From: Neodothiora populina
Lineage: Eukaryota
DNA length: 64,000 nt
Reading direction: 5' to 3'
Assembly (NCBI RefSeq): GCF_041146345.1
Contig: NW_027191402.1
Coordinates: 248,001 to 312,000, forward strand
The notes under the pieces were generated by a model. The model was given only the letters and a program-made list of their open reading frames with translations. It was not told the origin of the DNA and made no database searches. This document shows, piece after piece, positions 63,769 to 64,000 of this stretch; position 1 is the first letter of the stretch; every line of letters starts with the position of its first letter. Made by a program: the position numbers and the translations under genes.

Positions 63769-64000
63769 TCGGGGCTTGGGGTTATGCATATTGCTTGTTA
63801 TGACTACTGAACTTAGGTCGACTTGCGGGCTGGCCGCTACGACTGAGCAGGCCCATACTCCCTTCTCGACCCCCACTGGTCCTTTACCAGAGACGGAAGT
63901 CTGACTTTACTGGCTGTCTCACCTCCAAGCATCGTTGTGACGAGAAAAATAGGACAACGCTTAGGTTTCAAATGTTGCTACCCTTCTGAGCCTCATGCTT

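Overview
Gene-dense, intron-containing nuclear DNA from a filamentous ascomycete (Pezizomycotina; the finer taxon cannot be fixed from this window). It holds about 27 protein-coding genes. Most are housekeeping: a peroxisomal acyl-CoA ligase, Bfr1, a PQ-loop protein, perilipin/CAP20, EMC6, PCNA, pyridoxal kinase, dUTPase, Ipk1, Ecm15, Mdm34, histone H4, Mrps16, NAD(P)HX epimerase, an amino-acid permease, two kinases (one a haspin), Ssk1, an aquaporin, Pol eta, septin Cdc11 and a tyrosine phosphatase. The standout is a divergent gene pair at about 9.3-13.9 kb. One gene is a HET-S-like HeLo cell-death effector with a two-repeat C-terminal HET-s-type amyloid motif (R1/R2). Its head-to-head partner (~1040 codons) begins with a matching single repeat (R0) but shows no NACHT/NB-ARC P-loop and no WD/ANK/TPR repeats. 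This suggests a candidate amyloid-signalling cell-death system driven by a non-NLR receptor. The partner carries one in-frame TAA. A second uncharacterised gene (52.5-53.8 kb) has nucleotidyltransferase-like motifs. All family calls come from motif recognition by eye; no searches were run.
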